DNA from: Mobula hypostoma
Taxonomy: Eukaryota
Direction of reading: 5' to 3'
DNA: 64,000 bases
Assembly: GCF_963921235.1 (NCBI RefSeq)
Contig: NC_086108.1
Location: forward strand, 12,772,001-12,836,000
A program made the translations under genes and the position numbers. Shown piece after piece: positions 26,330 through 38,690 of this stretch (position 1 is the stretch's first letter; every line of letters starts with the position of its first letter). A model generated the notes under the pieces. That model saw nothing but the letters and a program-made list of their open reading frames with translations. It made no database searches and had not been told where the DNA came from.

Positions 26330-27220
26330 GTGGATGCTAAGAGGATGCAGGGTGACTTGGATAGGTTGGGTGAGTGGGCAAACTCATGGCAGATGCAATT
26401 TAATGTGGATAAATGTGAAGTTATCCACTTTGGTGGCAAAAATAGGAAAACAGATTATTATCTGAATGGTGGCCGATTAGGAAAAGGGGAGGTGCAACGA
26501 GACCTGGGTGTCATTATACACCAGTCATTGAAAGTGGGCATGCAGGTACAGCAGGCGGTGAAAAAGGCGAACGGTATGCTGGCATTTATAGCGAGAGGAT
26601 TCGAGTACAGGAGCAGGGAGGTACTACTGCAGTTGTACAAGGCCTTGGTGAGACCACACCTGGAGTATTGTGTGCAGTTTTGGTCCCCTAATCTGAGGAA
26701 AGACATCTTTGCCATAGAGGGAGTACAAAGAAGGTTCACCAGATTGATTCCTGGGATGGCAGGTCTTTCATATGAAGAAAGACTGGATGAACTGGGCTTG
26801 TACTCGTTGGAATTTAGAAGATTGAGGGGGGATCTGATTGAAACGTATAAGATCCTAAAGGGATTGGACAGGCTAGATGCAGGAAGATTGTTCCCGATGT
26901 TGGGGAGGTCTAGAACGAGGGGTCACAGTTTGAGGATAGAGGGGAAGCCTTTTAGGACCGAGGTTAGGAAAAACTTCTTCACACAGAGAGTGGTGAATCT
27001 GTGGAATTCTCTGCCACAGCAAACTGTTGAGGCCAGTTCATTAGCTATGTTTAAAAGGAAGTTAGATATGGCCCTTGTGGCTACAGGGGTCAGGGGGTAT
27101 GGAGGGAAGGCTGGGTTCTGAGTTGGATGATCAGCCATGATCATAATAAATGGCGGTGCAGGCTCGAAGGGCCGAATGGCCTACTCCTGCACCTATTTTC
27201 TATGTTTCTATGTTTCTATA
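26330..27220 (+). mobile_element. Very young 5'-truncated CR1 nested in an older CR1
   Basis: Intact 263-aa ORF2 C-terminus; (tttctatg)n tail. Confidence 0.95.
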
Positions 27221-28372
27221 ATTCATTGAAAGTGGCATCACTGACAGATAAGGTCATAAAGAAAGCTTTCAGCACATTAGCTTTCATAAATTAAAGAACA
27301 GGAGATTGGATAGCATGATGAAGTTGTAAAAGACATTGATGAGGCTTAATTTGGAGTATTGTGTGCATTTGTGGTCACCTACCTACAAGAAAGATGTAAA
27401 TAAGATTGAAAGAGTACAGAGAAAATTTACAAGGATGTTGTCTGTCTGGAGAACCTGAGTTATAAGGGAAGATTAAATAGGACTGTATTCCTCAGAAAGT
27501 AGAAGATTGAAAGGAGATTTGATATAGAGGTATACGAAATTATGAGGGGTGTAGATAAGGTAAATGCAAGCAGGCTTCTTCCACTGAGGTTGGGTGGGAC
27601 CACAACCAGATTATGATTTAAGGATGAAAGGTGAAAAGTTTAAGGGGAACATGAAGGGAAACTTCTTCACTCGGAGGGTTGTGAGAGTGTAGAGTGATCT
27701 GCCAGCGCAAGAGGAGTATGCGAGCTCGATTTCAGCCTTTAAGAGAAGTTTAAGAAGGTTCACCAGATTGATTCCTGGGATGGCAGGTCTTTCATATGAA
27801 GAAAGACTGGATGAACTGGGCTTGTACTCGTTGGAATTTAGAAGATTGAGGGGGGATCTGATTGAAACGTATAAGATCCTAAAGGGATTGGACAGGCTAG
27901 ATGCGGGAAGATTGTTCCCGATGTTGGGGAGGTCTAGAACGAGGGGTCACAGTTTGAGGATAGAGGGGAAGCCTTTTAGGACCGAGGTTAGGAAAAACTT
28001 CTTCACACAGAGAGTGGTGAATCTGTGGAATTCTCTGCCACAGCAAACTGTTGAGGCCAGTTCATTAGCTATGTTTAAAAGGAAGTTAGATATGGCCCTT
28101 GTGGCTACAGGGGTCAGGGGGTATGGAGGGAAGGCTGGGTTCTGAGTTGGATGATCAGCCATGATCATAATAAATGGCGGTGCAGGCTCGAAGGGCCGAA
28201 TGGCCTACTCCTGCACCTATTTTCTATGTTTCTATGTTTCTATGTACGTGGATAATAGAGCCGTGGGGGGTTTATGGTCCCAGTGCAGGTTGATGGGAGT
28301 AGACAGTTTAAGTGGTTTGCATGGACTAGATGGGCTGAGAGGCCTGTGTTTGTGCTGTACTTCTGTATGACT
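27221..28372 (+). mobile_element. Older CR1 containing a second very young CR1 (27753-28243)
   Basis: 27753-28243 almost identical to 26729-27219. Confidence 0.9.
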
Positions 28373-28692
28373 CTGTGTGACATTACATAGGTGCACATAG
28401 CATTTATTGCCAGTTACCCAGCAGTGCATTTCAGTTAGGTGGTTTGTTCATGGTGTTTTATCTTGTGGGCTTCAAATTAATGACTTGTCACATGTACCAA
28501 GATTGAGTGAAAAGCAGGTGCATACCCCCCCCCCCCCCCGATACAGATCATTTAATGACAATGATGCATTGATGTAGTAAAGGGCAGCACAATAACAGAG
28601 TTCGGAATAAAATGCAAAACCATGACAATATAGTCAAGTGTCCATATTATTGTATTGGGGACTGTTCAATCGTTTTATAACAACGGATAAAA

Positions 28693-28773
28693 CAGAGGTA
28701 CCCAACCTTTTTCATGCCATGGAGCCTTACCACTAACTGAGGGGGTCTGTGGACCCGAGGCTGGGAATCCCTG
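28693..28773. mobile_element. hAT-Charlie-like MITE (partial copies at ~9346-9406 and ~30267-30330)
   Basis: Imperfect TIRs cagaggtacccaacct / aggctgggaatccctg; no clear TSD. Confidence 0.55.
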
Positions 28774-29029
28774 ACAAGCCGGATAATGCGTTTTCAAAAT
28801 TTAATGTAAACTTTATTATCAAAGTACTTAAGTCACCAGATCCAACCCTGAGATTCATTTTCTTGTGGGCATACTTAACAAATTTATAAAATAGTAGTAT
28901 AAAATAAAAACATGATCAATGAAAGATCAACCAGAATGCAGAAGACAACAAACTCTGCAAATGCAAATACAGATAAATAGGAATATATAACAAGAACATG
29001 AGGTAATTAAGTAAGAATCAGAATTAGAA

Positions 29030-29225
29030 TGTTTGGTGACTGGGAAGTTTCACTTTTGGCAGACATAGCAGAGGTGTTCGATGAAGTGGTCCCCCAATTT
29101 ACGATGAGTCTAATCAGTGTAGCGAAGCACTGGATAGAACAGACAACACGGGTGATGTGTTGCCTCACTTGGAAGCACTGTTTGGGGCCTGGGATGGAGG
29201 TGAATGGGCAGGTGTAGCACTTTGG
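29030..29225 (-). mobile_element. Degraded Penelope-like GIY-YIG fragment
   Basis: KCYTCPFTSIPGPKQCFQVRQH, homologous to 49861-50260. Confidence 0.75.
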
Positions 29226-30589
29226 CAATTTTCAGGGATAAGTACCTTGACGATGTTAGATATTTTACTAAGGCAGCGAGAAGTCTAGACAGAGGCCCTG
29301 GAGGGAAGGCTGGTTTTTCTGATGTGCTGAGCTGTGTCCACAACTCCAGAGTGCTTCTGTCACCACTCCTAGCAGGGCGTTCCACACACTCATCAATCAG
29401 TATGCAAAAAACTTACCTCTGACATCCCCCCTATAGTTTCCTCCAATCACCTTAAAGTTATGAATTGTGCTCCCTTGTATTAGCCATTTCCATGCTGGGA
29501 AAAAGACTCTGTCAATCCATTTGATCTATGCCTTTTATCATTTTATGCACCTCTCACCCTCCTTCACTCCAAAGAGAAAAGCCTTAGCTTACTCCACCTA
29601 TCGTCTGGATGAAGAATTTTAGATTCATAGAGTTGCACGTCATACAAACAGGCCCTACGTCCCAGTTAATCCATGCTGACCAAAATGTTATTCAAATGGA
29701 AAGAGTGCAGAAAAAAACTTAAGAGGAGGTTGCTAGAACTCGAGGGAGGGGTTAGAAAGGCTAAGAATTTGTCCCTTTGAGAGTAGGAGACTGAGACGGT
29801 CTTACAGAGGTGTTTAAGATTGTGAGGGGCAAAGGTAGAGTGAATATACTAGGTCTATTTCCCATTATTTGGAAGTCAAGAACTAGAAAGTATTGGTGTA
29901 ATGTGAGAGAGGAAAGATATAAGACCATAAGATATTGGAGCATAGTTAGGGCATTTGGCCTATCGAGTCTGCTCTGCCATTTCATGATGGCTGATCCATT
30001 TTCCCTCTTAGACCTCATCTCCTGCTTTCTCTCCATTTCCCTTCATGCCCTGACTAATCAAGGATCTATCAACCTGTGCCTTAAATAAATGCCTCCAAGT
30101 CAATGGACATTTTAAAGTTATTTAATAGGAACCTGAGCTGCAACATTTTTTTTCATCGAGGGTGGTAGGTTGTGAGATGATCTGCCAGAGGAAGTGGTTG
30201 AAGAAGATATATTAACAACATTTAAAAAATCACTTGGACAAGTACATACATAGGAAGGGTTTAGCACAGGGGATCCCAATCTTTTTTATGCCATGGACCA
30301 ATACCATTAAGCAAGGGGTTTATGGGGATATGGATCAAACTCAAATGAATGGGACTAGATTGGATGACCAATTTGGTCAGCAAGGTCCGTTAGGCCGTAG
30401 GGCCTGTTCGCACACTGCATGACTCTGTGAATCAAAAATCCTTCATCCAGAGAGTAGTTGAAGACAAAGTCTATAGGCTTTTAGATGTGTTAGTGCAGCC
30501 CAGTGACATGGAGATAAAATAAATCTGCGTTATCTTCTCACTTAAGTGCCAGGCCAGATTGGAAAGGTCAGGGGGCAGTGTCCCAGAAA

Positions 30590-32558
30590 ATTAGCCAGAA
30601 AAAGTGGCTCACCTGAGGACTGGGAGAAATTCAGAGTTCAGCAGAGGAGGACAAAGGGCTTAATTAGGAAGGGGAAAAAAGATTATGAGAGAAAACTGGC
30701 AGGGAACATAAAAACTGACTGTAAAAGCTTTTATAGATATGTAAAAAGGAAAAGACTGGTAAAGACAAATGTAGGTCCCCTACAGACAGAAACAGGTGAA
30801 TTGATTATGGGGAGCAAGGACATGGCAGACCAATTGAATAATTACTTTGGTTCTGTCTTCACTAAGGAGGACATAAATAATCTTCCAGAAATAGTAGGGG
30901 ACAGAGGGTCCAGTGAGATGGAGGAACTGAGCGAAATACATGTTAGTAGGGAAGTGGTGTTAGGTAATTTGAAGGGATTGAAGGCAGATAAATCCCCAGG
31001 GCCAGATGGTCTGCATCCCAGAGTGCTTAAGGAAGTAGCCCAAGAAATAGTGGATGCATTAGTGATAATTTTTCAAAACTCGTTAGATTCTGGACTAGTT
31101 CCTGAGGATTGGAGGGTGGCTAATGTAACCCCACTTTTTAAAAAAGGAGGGAGAGAGAAACTGGGGAATTATAGACCGGTTAGCCTAACGTCAGTGGTGG
31201 GGAAACTGCTGGAGTCAGTTATCAAAGATGTGATAACAGCACATTTGGAAAGCGGGGAAATCATCGGACAAAGTCAGCATGGATTTGTGAAAGGAAAATC
31301 ATGTCTGACGAATCGCATAGAACTTTTTGAGGATGTAACTAGTAGAGTGGATAGGGGAGAACCAGTGGATGTGGTATATTTGGATTTTCAAAAGGCTTTT
31401 GACAAGGTCCCACACAGGAGATTAGTGTGCAAACTTAAAGCACACGGTATTGGGGGTAAGGTATTGATGTGTTAGAGAATTGGTTAGCAGACAGGAAGCA
31501 AAGAGTGGGAATAAACGGGACCTTTTCAGAATGGCAGGCGGTGACTAGTGGGGTACCGCAAGGCTCAATGCTGGGACCCCAGTTGTTTACAATATATATT
31601 AATGACTTGGATGAGGGAATTAAATGCAGCATCTCCAAGTTAGCGGATGACACGAAGCTGGGTGGCAGTGTTAGCTGTGAGGAGGATGCAGAGTGACTTG
31701 GATAGGTTGGGTGAGTGGGCAAATTCATGGCAGATGCAATTTAATGTGGATAAATGTGAAGTTATCCACTTTGGTGGCAAAAACAGGAAAACAGATTATT
31801 ATCTGAATGGTGGCCAATTAGGAAAAGGGGAGGTGCAACGAGACCTGGGTGTCATTATACACCAGTCATTGAAAGTGGGCATGCAGGTACAGCAGGCGGT
31901 GAAAAAGGCGAATGGTATGCTGGCATTTATAGCGAGAGGATTCGAGTACAGGAGCAGGGAGGTACTACTGCAGTTGTACAAGGCCTTGGTGAGACCACAC
32001 CTGGAGTATTGTGTGCAGTTTTGGTCCCCTAATCTGAGGAAAGACATCCTTGCCATAGAGGGAGTACAAAGAAGGTTCACCAGATTGATTCCTGGGATGG
32101 CAGGACTTTCATATGAAGAAAGACTGGATGAACTGGGCTTGTACTCGTTGGAATTTAGAAGATTGAGGGGGGACCTGATTGAAACGTATAAAATCCTAAA
32201 GGGATTGGACAGGCTAGATGCAGGAAGATTGTTCCCGATGTTGGGGAAGTCCAGAGCGAGGGGTCACAGTTTGAGGATAAAGTGGGAGCCTTTTAGGACC
32301 GAGATTAGGAAAAACTTCTTCACACAGAGAGTGGTGAATCTGTGGAATTCTCTGCCACAGGAAACAGTTGAGGCCAGTTCATTGGCTATATTTAAGAGGG
32401 AGTTAGATATGGCCCTTGTGGCTACGGGGATCAGGGGGTATGGAGGGAAGGCTGGGGCAGGGTTCTGAGTTGGATGATCAGCCATGATCATAATAAATGG
32501 CGGTGCAGGCTCGAAGGCCGAATGGCCTACTCCTGCACCTATTTTCTATGTTTCTATA
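30590..32558 (+). mobile_element. Young 5'-truncated CR1 LINE (RT with two frameshifts)
   Basis: 309-, 75- and 273-aa ORFs covering CR1 ORF2; tttctatg tail. Confidence 0.96.
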
Positions 32559-33424
32559 TCAGGGCCGGGCCAGTTCAGCTCGCTGTTCCGCAAGGTCTAC
32601 TGGGCTCTGCGCTGAAGCAAGGCTGTGGTCTGCAACTAACGGGCTCCTGAATCGGCCTCGTTGATGACCGGCTTCCTGGCTGTGGGCTCATTTTCATGAA
32701 CTGTAGTTGTTGGCTCCCTTTTATTGTTAGCACAACTTGTTTTCCTTTCTGCACATTGAATGTTTGACGGTCTCTTTTCAAATGGGCTCTTTTGGACTTC
32801 TTTGCTTTGTGGCTGCGTGTGAGGAGACAAATCTCAAGATTGTATATAGTGTACATGCTTTGATAATAAATGTACTTTGACTTTGGATCACTGACCAGTC
32901 ATGGGAGTTGCAATGGTCTCTGCTTCTGGTAATTGCCTTCCAATGATGAGAGCATTGTCCTGGATGGTGAGGCTGTACTGGGTGTTGGGACTGCTCCCAG
33001 CTGGCGTAGACAGAGTGTTCCTGCACGCCAGAGCTAAAACAGCCCACAGTTACAGAGTTTCAAGGAAACATGACAAATAGTCTGCAGGGAAACAGATGTT
33101 CTGCCCTGGAGTACAAAACCCTAATCCAAGCCATCGGACCTCTGGAAGCAGTTCTGGCCTCCACAGCTAAGGAGGAATACACAGGTTATGCATTGTGGAT
33201 TCATCAGGATAAACCCAGGATTGCAAGGGTTAAGTTTTGAGGAAAGTTTACAAAGAGAAGGATTGTGCTTCATGATATTTAAAAGGCTGAGGTTCAACTT
33301 GTTCAAAGATTACAGGGTAACAGAAGTGACTGATGTGGTGACAGAGGAAAAATAATTCAGTGGGTGGTGTCCTCGGGTCCCAGAGACAATATCGTAGAAT
33401 CAGTACCCAGCGTTTCTGACTGAA

Positions 33425-33617
33425 GCAACACACACAAAATGCTGAGGAACTCAGTGGGCCAGGTAGCATCAATGGAAAAGATTACACAAACTGATGAAGG
33501 GTCTCAGCCCGAAATGTCGACTGTTTACTTATTTCCATAGATGCTGCCAGGCCTGCTGAGTTCCTTAACATTTTGTGTGTGTTGCTCAGATTTCCAGCAT
33601 CTGCAGATTTTCTCTTC
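33425..33617 (+). mobile_element. Palindromic Penelope-derived mini-element with central hammerhead core
   Basis: ~55-bp inverted arms; ctgatga-agggtctcagccc-gaaat-gtc at 33491-33518; perfect 12-bp TSD tttctgactgaa. Confidence 0.85.
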
Positions 33618-33989
33618 TTTCTGACTGAAACTGGGAAACCGAAGGTGGTGGAAGTGTGGGGACGTCTTCTGTAAATTACAGTTGATGTTAGGTCAATTTT
33701 TAAGTTTTAAATCTGAGTCTGGTAGATTTCTGTTAAAAACCTTTGAGAAATGGGAAAAAAAAGACTGGTAGTGGAGTTAGGACAAAATTGATCTGATGCA
33801 GTCGAGGATCACGTGTAAAGATGCCTGGCTTCTTTGTGTTCCTGCCTCAACTCGCTCGAACACCTGCGTATGGATTGCGATGCCATGTAACACCCTCCCC
33901 TCACCGTCTACCTCCTCCACTCTGTAACTTAATCATACATCAGCGGGTCCTGGAGATTTTCTCCTAGTGTTGATGACTGCATCACTCTC

Positions 33990-34519
33990 AGTAATTTTAT
34001 CTCCAGTCATCATTTTTCCCCTTCCCCCTTCTTCATTTCCCCATTCTGGCCTCATATCTCTTCTCCTCACCTGCCTGTCACCTCTGTCTCCTTTCTCTTC
34101 CTTCCCTTTCTCCAATAATCCACTCTCCTCTCCGATCTGATTCCTTCTTCTTCAGACCTTTACCCCCTCCACCTCTCAGCCTTTCACTTCATCCCCTCCC
34201 CTTCCCCACCCATCTGGCTTCACCGTCACCTTCAAGCTTATCCTCATTCCCCTCGCCCCACCTTCATATTCTGGCATTTTAGACCATAAGTTATAGGAGC
34301 ACAATCAGGCCATTTGGCCCATCAAGTCTGCTCTGCCATTCCATCATGACTGATCCATTTCCTTCTCAGCCCCAGTCTCCTGCCTTCTCCCCGCATCCCT
34401 TCATACCCTGACCAATCAAGAATCTATCAACCTCTGCCTTCACCCTTCCTTTCCAGTCCTGAAGAAGGGTCGCAGCCCGAAATACCGACTGTTTATTCAT
34501 TTCCACGGATGCGGTCTGA
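33990..34519 (+). mobile_element. Penelope-like 3' UTR/tail (with CR1 tail inserted ~34281-34440)
   Basis: Pyrimidine-rich UTR like that of 49570-49860, then degenerate hammerhead at 34454-34491. Confidence 0.65.
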
Positions 34520-34677
34520 CCTCCAAGAGGGCCACAACCTTGTCGTGGTTTGGAGGCTCGTGTGCCTCAGTGACCGGAGAGCTATGCTGGCTGCAGTCAG
34601 GGCTTTATACTTTGGCTCTTGGTAGGGTCACCCATGCCGAACAGGTCAAAGGGTAGAGGCCAGACTAAGAGTGGTCC
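34520..34677 (+). ncRNA. Predicted HDV-like self-cleaving ribozyme
   Basis: P1 cctccaa/ttggagg, P2 gggccac/gtggtcc, P3 acc/ggt, L3 ttgtcgt, P4 gcctc/gaggc, J4/2 ctaa (C34665), all in the HDV order. Confidence 0.7.
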
Positions 34678-34934
34678 TCCAAGTTTGGGGTTTCAGCTCA
34701 GGGCTAGGAACCCTGGCTGGTAAAACAGAAATGTTACGGAAAAAGCAATGAAGAATCCTTCCACATCTGAGTGTGATGGTACTCCTGAGTCTCCACCCGG
34801 GACTTACATGACCGGCAGTAGTGAAAACCAAAAGGGAGCTACTGACATGATGAAGGAAGCCCTGAACACCACCAGAGATAGAGGTCCTTCATTGCTGCCC
34901 CAAACACCAGCGGTGTAACCGGCAGCAAGTATAA
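34520..34934 (+). mobile_element. Full-length ~415-bp RTE-derived non-autonomous retroposon
   Basis: 11-bp TSD atgc(g/t)gtctga (34509-34519/34935-34945); RTE-like 5' UTR; 3' end resembles an RTE ORF terminus (family consensus RWRTFIAALNASGVTGSK). Confidence 0.85.
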
Positions 34935-35183
34935 ATGCTGTCTGAATTACTGAGTTGTGTACTGTATCACTGTCGAGCTGAATTATGAAACTTAAATCCT
35001 GGACAAAAACTTGAATCTTCCTGATTTTTATCTCAACTGTTTCTGTTATTGTCCTTGTTTCTTTTTCAGTTCAGCATTCATAACTTTTCCCCAAGCTCTA
35101 TAATTGCCGGGCGCACAGCTTTGTGTTCATGAACACTCATTCATCCATATTACCACATTCCTTGGACTGTGGATCGGGATGCT

Positions 35184-35197
35184 GTTGCTATGGTAAC
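35184..35197. promoter_or_regulatory. RFX X-box motif
   Basis: GTTGCTATGGTAAC matches the palindromic RFX consensus, in repeat-free sequence. Confidence 0.5.
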
Positions 35198-36929
35198 CAC
35201 TCGGCTTCCTCAACAAAAGCGAAAGCCTCTTCCTCCCCAACACTCCCCCAGCCCCCAACCTGCACGTCGTGACAACACCGCAGACCCTCTGCATTCAATA
35301 AGCCACATTCGTGAACGCACATACTTAATAGGGATTCCATTCTACACAGGGCCTGTCATGCAGTTATCGTGGGTAAGCAGCCCCACTTTTATTTACACAA
35401 GAAGGGAGCTTTCAGAAAGCCTCTTAGCGCACCGGAGCGGGGCAGAGCTTCACGCAGCTCTGTGATACTCGGAAGAAAAGCCTCCACAGTTCTGGGTGGA
35501 TTGCATTGACCCCACAGTGTTTGAACTTTGGCCTCAGCTCTTTACTCAAATCTCCTGTTGTTCAAACTCCCCGTAAATGGCGAGTTGTTAACCATTGGAA
35601 GACGCTGGCCTAATGTAGTCTAGACGCATTGTAAGTGAGTGAGCAAGTGTGAACAGCACTGGGGTTGCAATCGTTCACGGTGGGACTGCATCCTAGTCCT
35701 GCCACTCAAAAGCTTTCATGAAATTAAATTGCCCAGTAAAATAATTAAAGAAAGGTACAATTGCAATTGAAAATGCAATTATATAATTTAGAATAAACTT
35801 TTTTTTTAAATCGAAGTAATTAAGGGAAAATAGATAATTATACAGTGAAAAAGGGTGAAAGATAATGGGATCAGTCGAGAGGAGAAAAGACCTTTCAGAG
35901 AAGCTATGCCTCATCCCTGTGGGTGAAATGAGCTTGCTCTTTGCTGTAATGATCAATAGCCATTCATTGAGAAATCAGATGAACGGCCATTGGAACAAAC
36001 GGTCCTTGGGACGTCCTGTGATCTGTTTGTCTAAGCAGCTGACAATATAGGGAACTGGAGCATTCACCAGAATACAGTTCCCATCTCTTAGCCTCCTGCC
36101 TGAAATGCGGTGCGCAGTCTTTTCCTGTTGTTTATTCTTGTGTATGCTCACACACAGATTGGCTGCTCAGTGCCTGACTCTTCACTTTTCACAACCTGCT
36201 TCCCACTAAATTTTCCCCAAACCTATTCTCCACATATACCCATCAACCCTTCATAGATTCCCACCATCACCTACACACTGCAACGGCCAATTAACATGCT
36301 GATCCAAATATTAGGGAGGGAATTGGAAAGCCAGTCAGTCACAGTGCAAACTACACATGTAATGTCCAAGGTCAAGCCACAAACCGGGAAGCGGTGAAAC
36401 TGAGAGGGAAAGGTAAAAATTTTCCAGTGCTGGAAATATGATTTAAAAATGGGAGAATTAGAAATAAAATGTGCTTTTAAGCTGAAGAGAAGTAGGAAAA
36501 GTGGAGAAAACAACACCTAAGTAGGATGAAGGCCAAGGCACTCCTACAAAATATGGTGGTGTTGGAGATCAGGGCACGAATACAAGATGAGGTGGTGATG
36601 GAGACCAGGACAACAACACTGATACAAGTTGTGGTAGTGTTGGAGACCACGGCACTGATGCAAGTTGTGTTGGTGGAGAAAACCATGGCACTGATGTATG
36701 ATGTGATGCTGGTGGTGCAAGTTGCTGAGTTCCTCTGTCTTCCTGTTTGTTCCAGCATCTGCATTATCCTGTGCCCCCTTTGTCCCTGTTGACAAGTGTT
36801 ATAGACTTTAGGAGATGGAAACCAGAGGTCCATGAGCAAGACCTCATCAGAGGATTAGAACTGGAGAGGGTTAGGGTGTGAGTATTTCAGAGGACCTGTC
36901 CTGGGCCTAGCATGTAATTGCAATTGCAA

Positions 36930-37545
36930 AGAAAGCACAGCAGCACCTCTACTTCCTTATGAGTTTGTGGAGATTTAGCATGACATCTAAAACTTTGACA
37001 AACTTCCCTAGATGTGCAGCGGAGAGTATATTAACTGGCTGCATCATATTCCAATGCCTTTGTACAGAAAATCGTACAAGAAGTAATGGACATGGCCCAG
37101 TCCATCATGGATAAAGCCCTCTCAACCACAGAGCACATCTAAATGAATCATTGTCATAGGAAAGCAGCATCCATCACCAGGTAGAAGGTACAATAGCCTC
37201 AGGACTTGAACCACCAGGTCCAAGGACAGTTACTACCCCTCAACTATCAGGATCTTGAATAAAAGGGGATAACTTCATTCAACTTCACTTGCCCCATCAT
37301 TTAAATGTTCCCACAACCAATGTTCTGACTTTCAAGGGCTCTTTGTCTCTTTATCTCATGTTCTCATCATTTATTACTATTTAATAATATTTGCATTTGT
37401 CTTCTGCACTCTGGTTGATCTTTCATTGATCCTGTTATAGTTACTATTCTATAGATTGGTTGAGTATACTCACAAGTAAATGAATCTCAGGGTTGTATAT
37501 GGTGACATGTTTGTACTTTGAGAATAAAGATTACTTTGAACTTTA
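36930..37545 (+). mobile_element. Rex1/Babar LINE 3' fragment
   Basis: AQQHLYFLMSLWRFSMTSKTLTNF..ESILTGCI; aataaagattactttgaactt tail. Confidence 0.82.
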
Positions 37546-38280
37546 AAGGCCTATATACAGTACAATTATAGCAAATGACTGACAGCAATTGGTACGTTGA
37601 TCTTTATTGCGCAATACATTGACTGTGTTAAGATGCAAATTCATACATTAATATTGTCTGAATTGCATATTTCTAGATTGGTAGTATCTGCATCTCAGAA
37701 TTAATGTCAAATGGAAATTACAAGTTTGGAGAATCTTTGCTCTTGGTATGCCCGACTTTACAAATGTCATTTGAGCTCTCTGAAACACTGTTGGCCATGT
37801 AGCTCGTCTGCAGACCCCAACTCTCATTTGATATGCTCTGTGTTAACTTTTAATTTCAGTTAGGGCTTTGGGAATGGAATCTGCTCCCCTCAGACTAGTC
37901 CAGTGCAAAGCAAAGTTTGGACTGAATGTGAGGTTCATACTAGTATCGGTCCCTGCCCTCCCCCACACTGTCCCTTCCACGTGACGATTCGATCAGTGGA
38001 AAACAAAAGAATTGTGGTCATGAAGTCGTTTCTTGCTGTGGATCACACACATGAACAAAGAGGTTGACAAAAGAGGGGGAGTGTGCAAGTTTGTGAGATA
38101 TTGATTCTTTCACTCAGGTCTCAGCTGTCAAGAGCACCTGCATGGCTGAACAATTGTCCCCTACAATCCTGGACAACTAATCATCCACTGCCAATATTGA
38201 TGCCACACTGGAGGAAGGATTCTTGGTCATCAATTAGTCCTCAAGAATTTTCCCAGTTAAAATAAGCAGTTAGACATTAA

Positions 38281-38480
38281 AGCTGGAGGAACTCAGCAGG
38301 TCAGGCAGCATCTATGGAAATGAATAAATAAACAATGTTTCAGCCCGAGACGCTTCTTCAGGACTGAAATGGAAGGGGCAAGACACCAAAATAAAAAGGT
38401 GGGGGAAGGGGAAGGAGGCTAGCTGGAAGGTGATAGGTGAAGTCAGGTGGGTGGGAAAGGTCAAGGGCTGGAGAAGAAGC
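38281..38480 (-). mobile_element. Penelope-like tail with degenerate hammerhead
   Basis: gctggaggaactcagcaggtcaggcagcatc; minus strand agtc-ctgaaga-...-gaaac-att. Confidence 0.7.
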
Positions 38481-38507
38481 ACTGAGAGAGCAGAGAGTAG
38501 TACACAA

Positions 38508-38690
38508 ACTGTACTACTCTTTCAGGGAGGCAGTATTGAGAGGCTGCAGAAGGTCCTGCAGAGTTGAGAAAGGACAGAGAGATGCACTCACTGTCACAGA
38601 CTGTACTACTCTTTCAGAGAGGCAGTACTGAGAGGCTGCAGAAGGTCCTGCAGAGTTGAGAAAGGACAGGGAGATGCACTCACTGTCACA
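38508..38690. repeat. 92-bp tandem duplication (2 copies)
   Basis: actgtactactctttcag...cactcactgtcaca at 38508 and 38600, about 3 mismatches. Confidence 0.92.
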
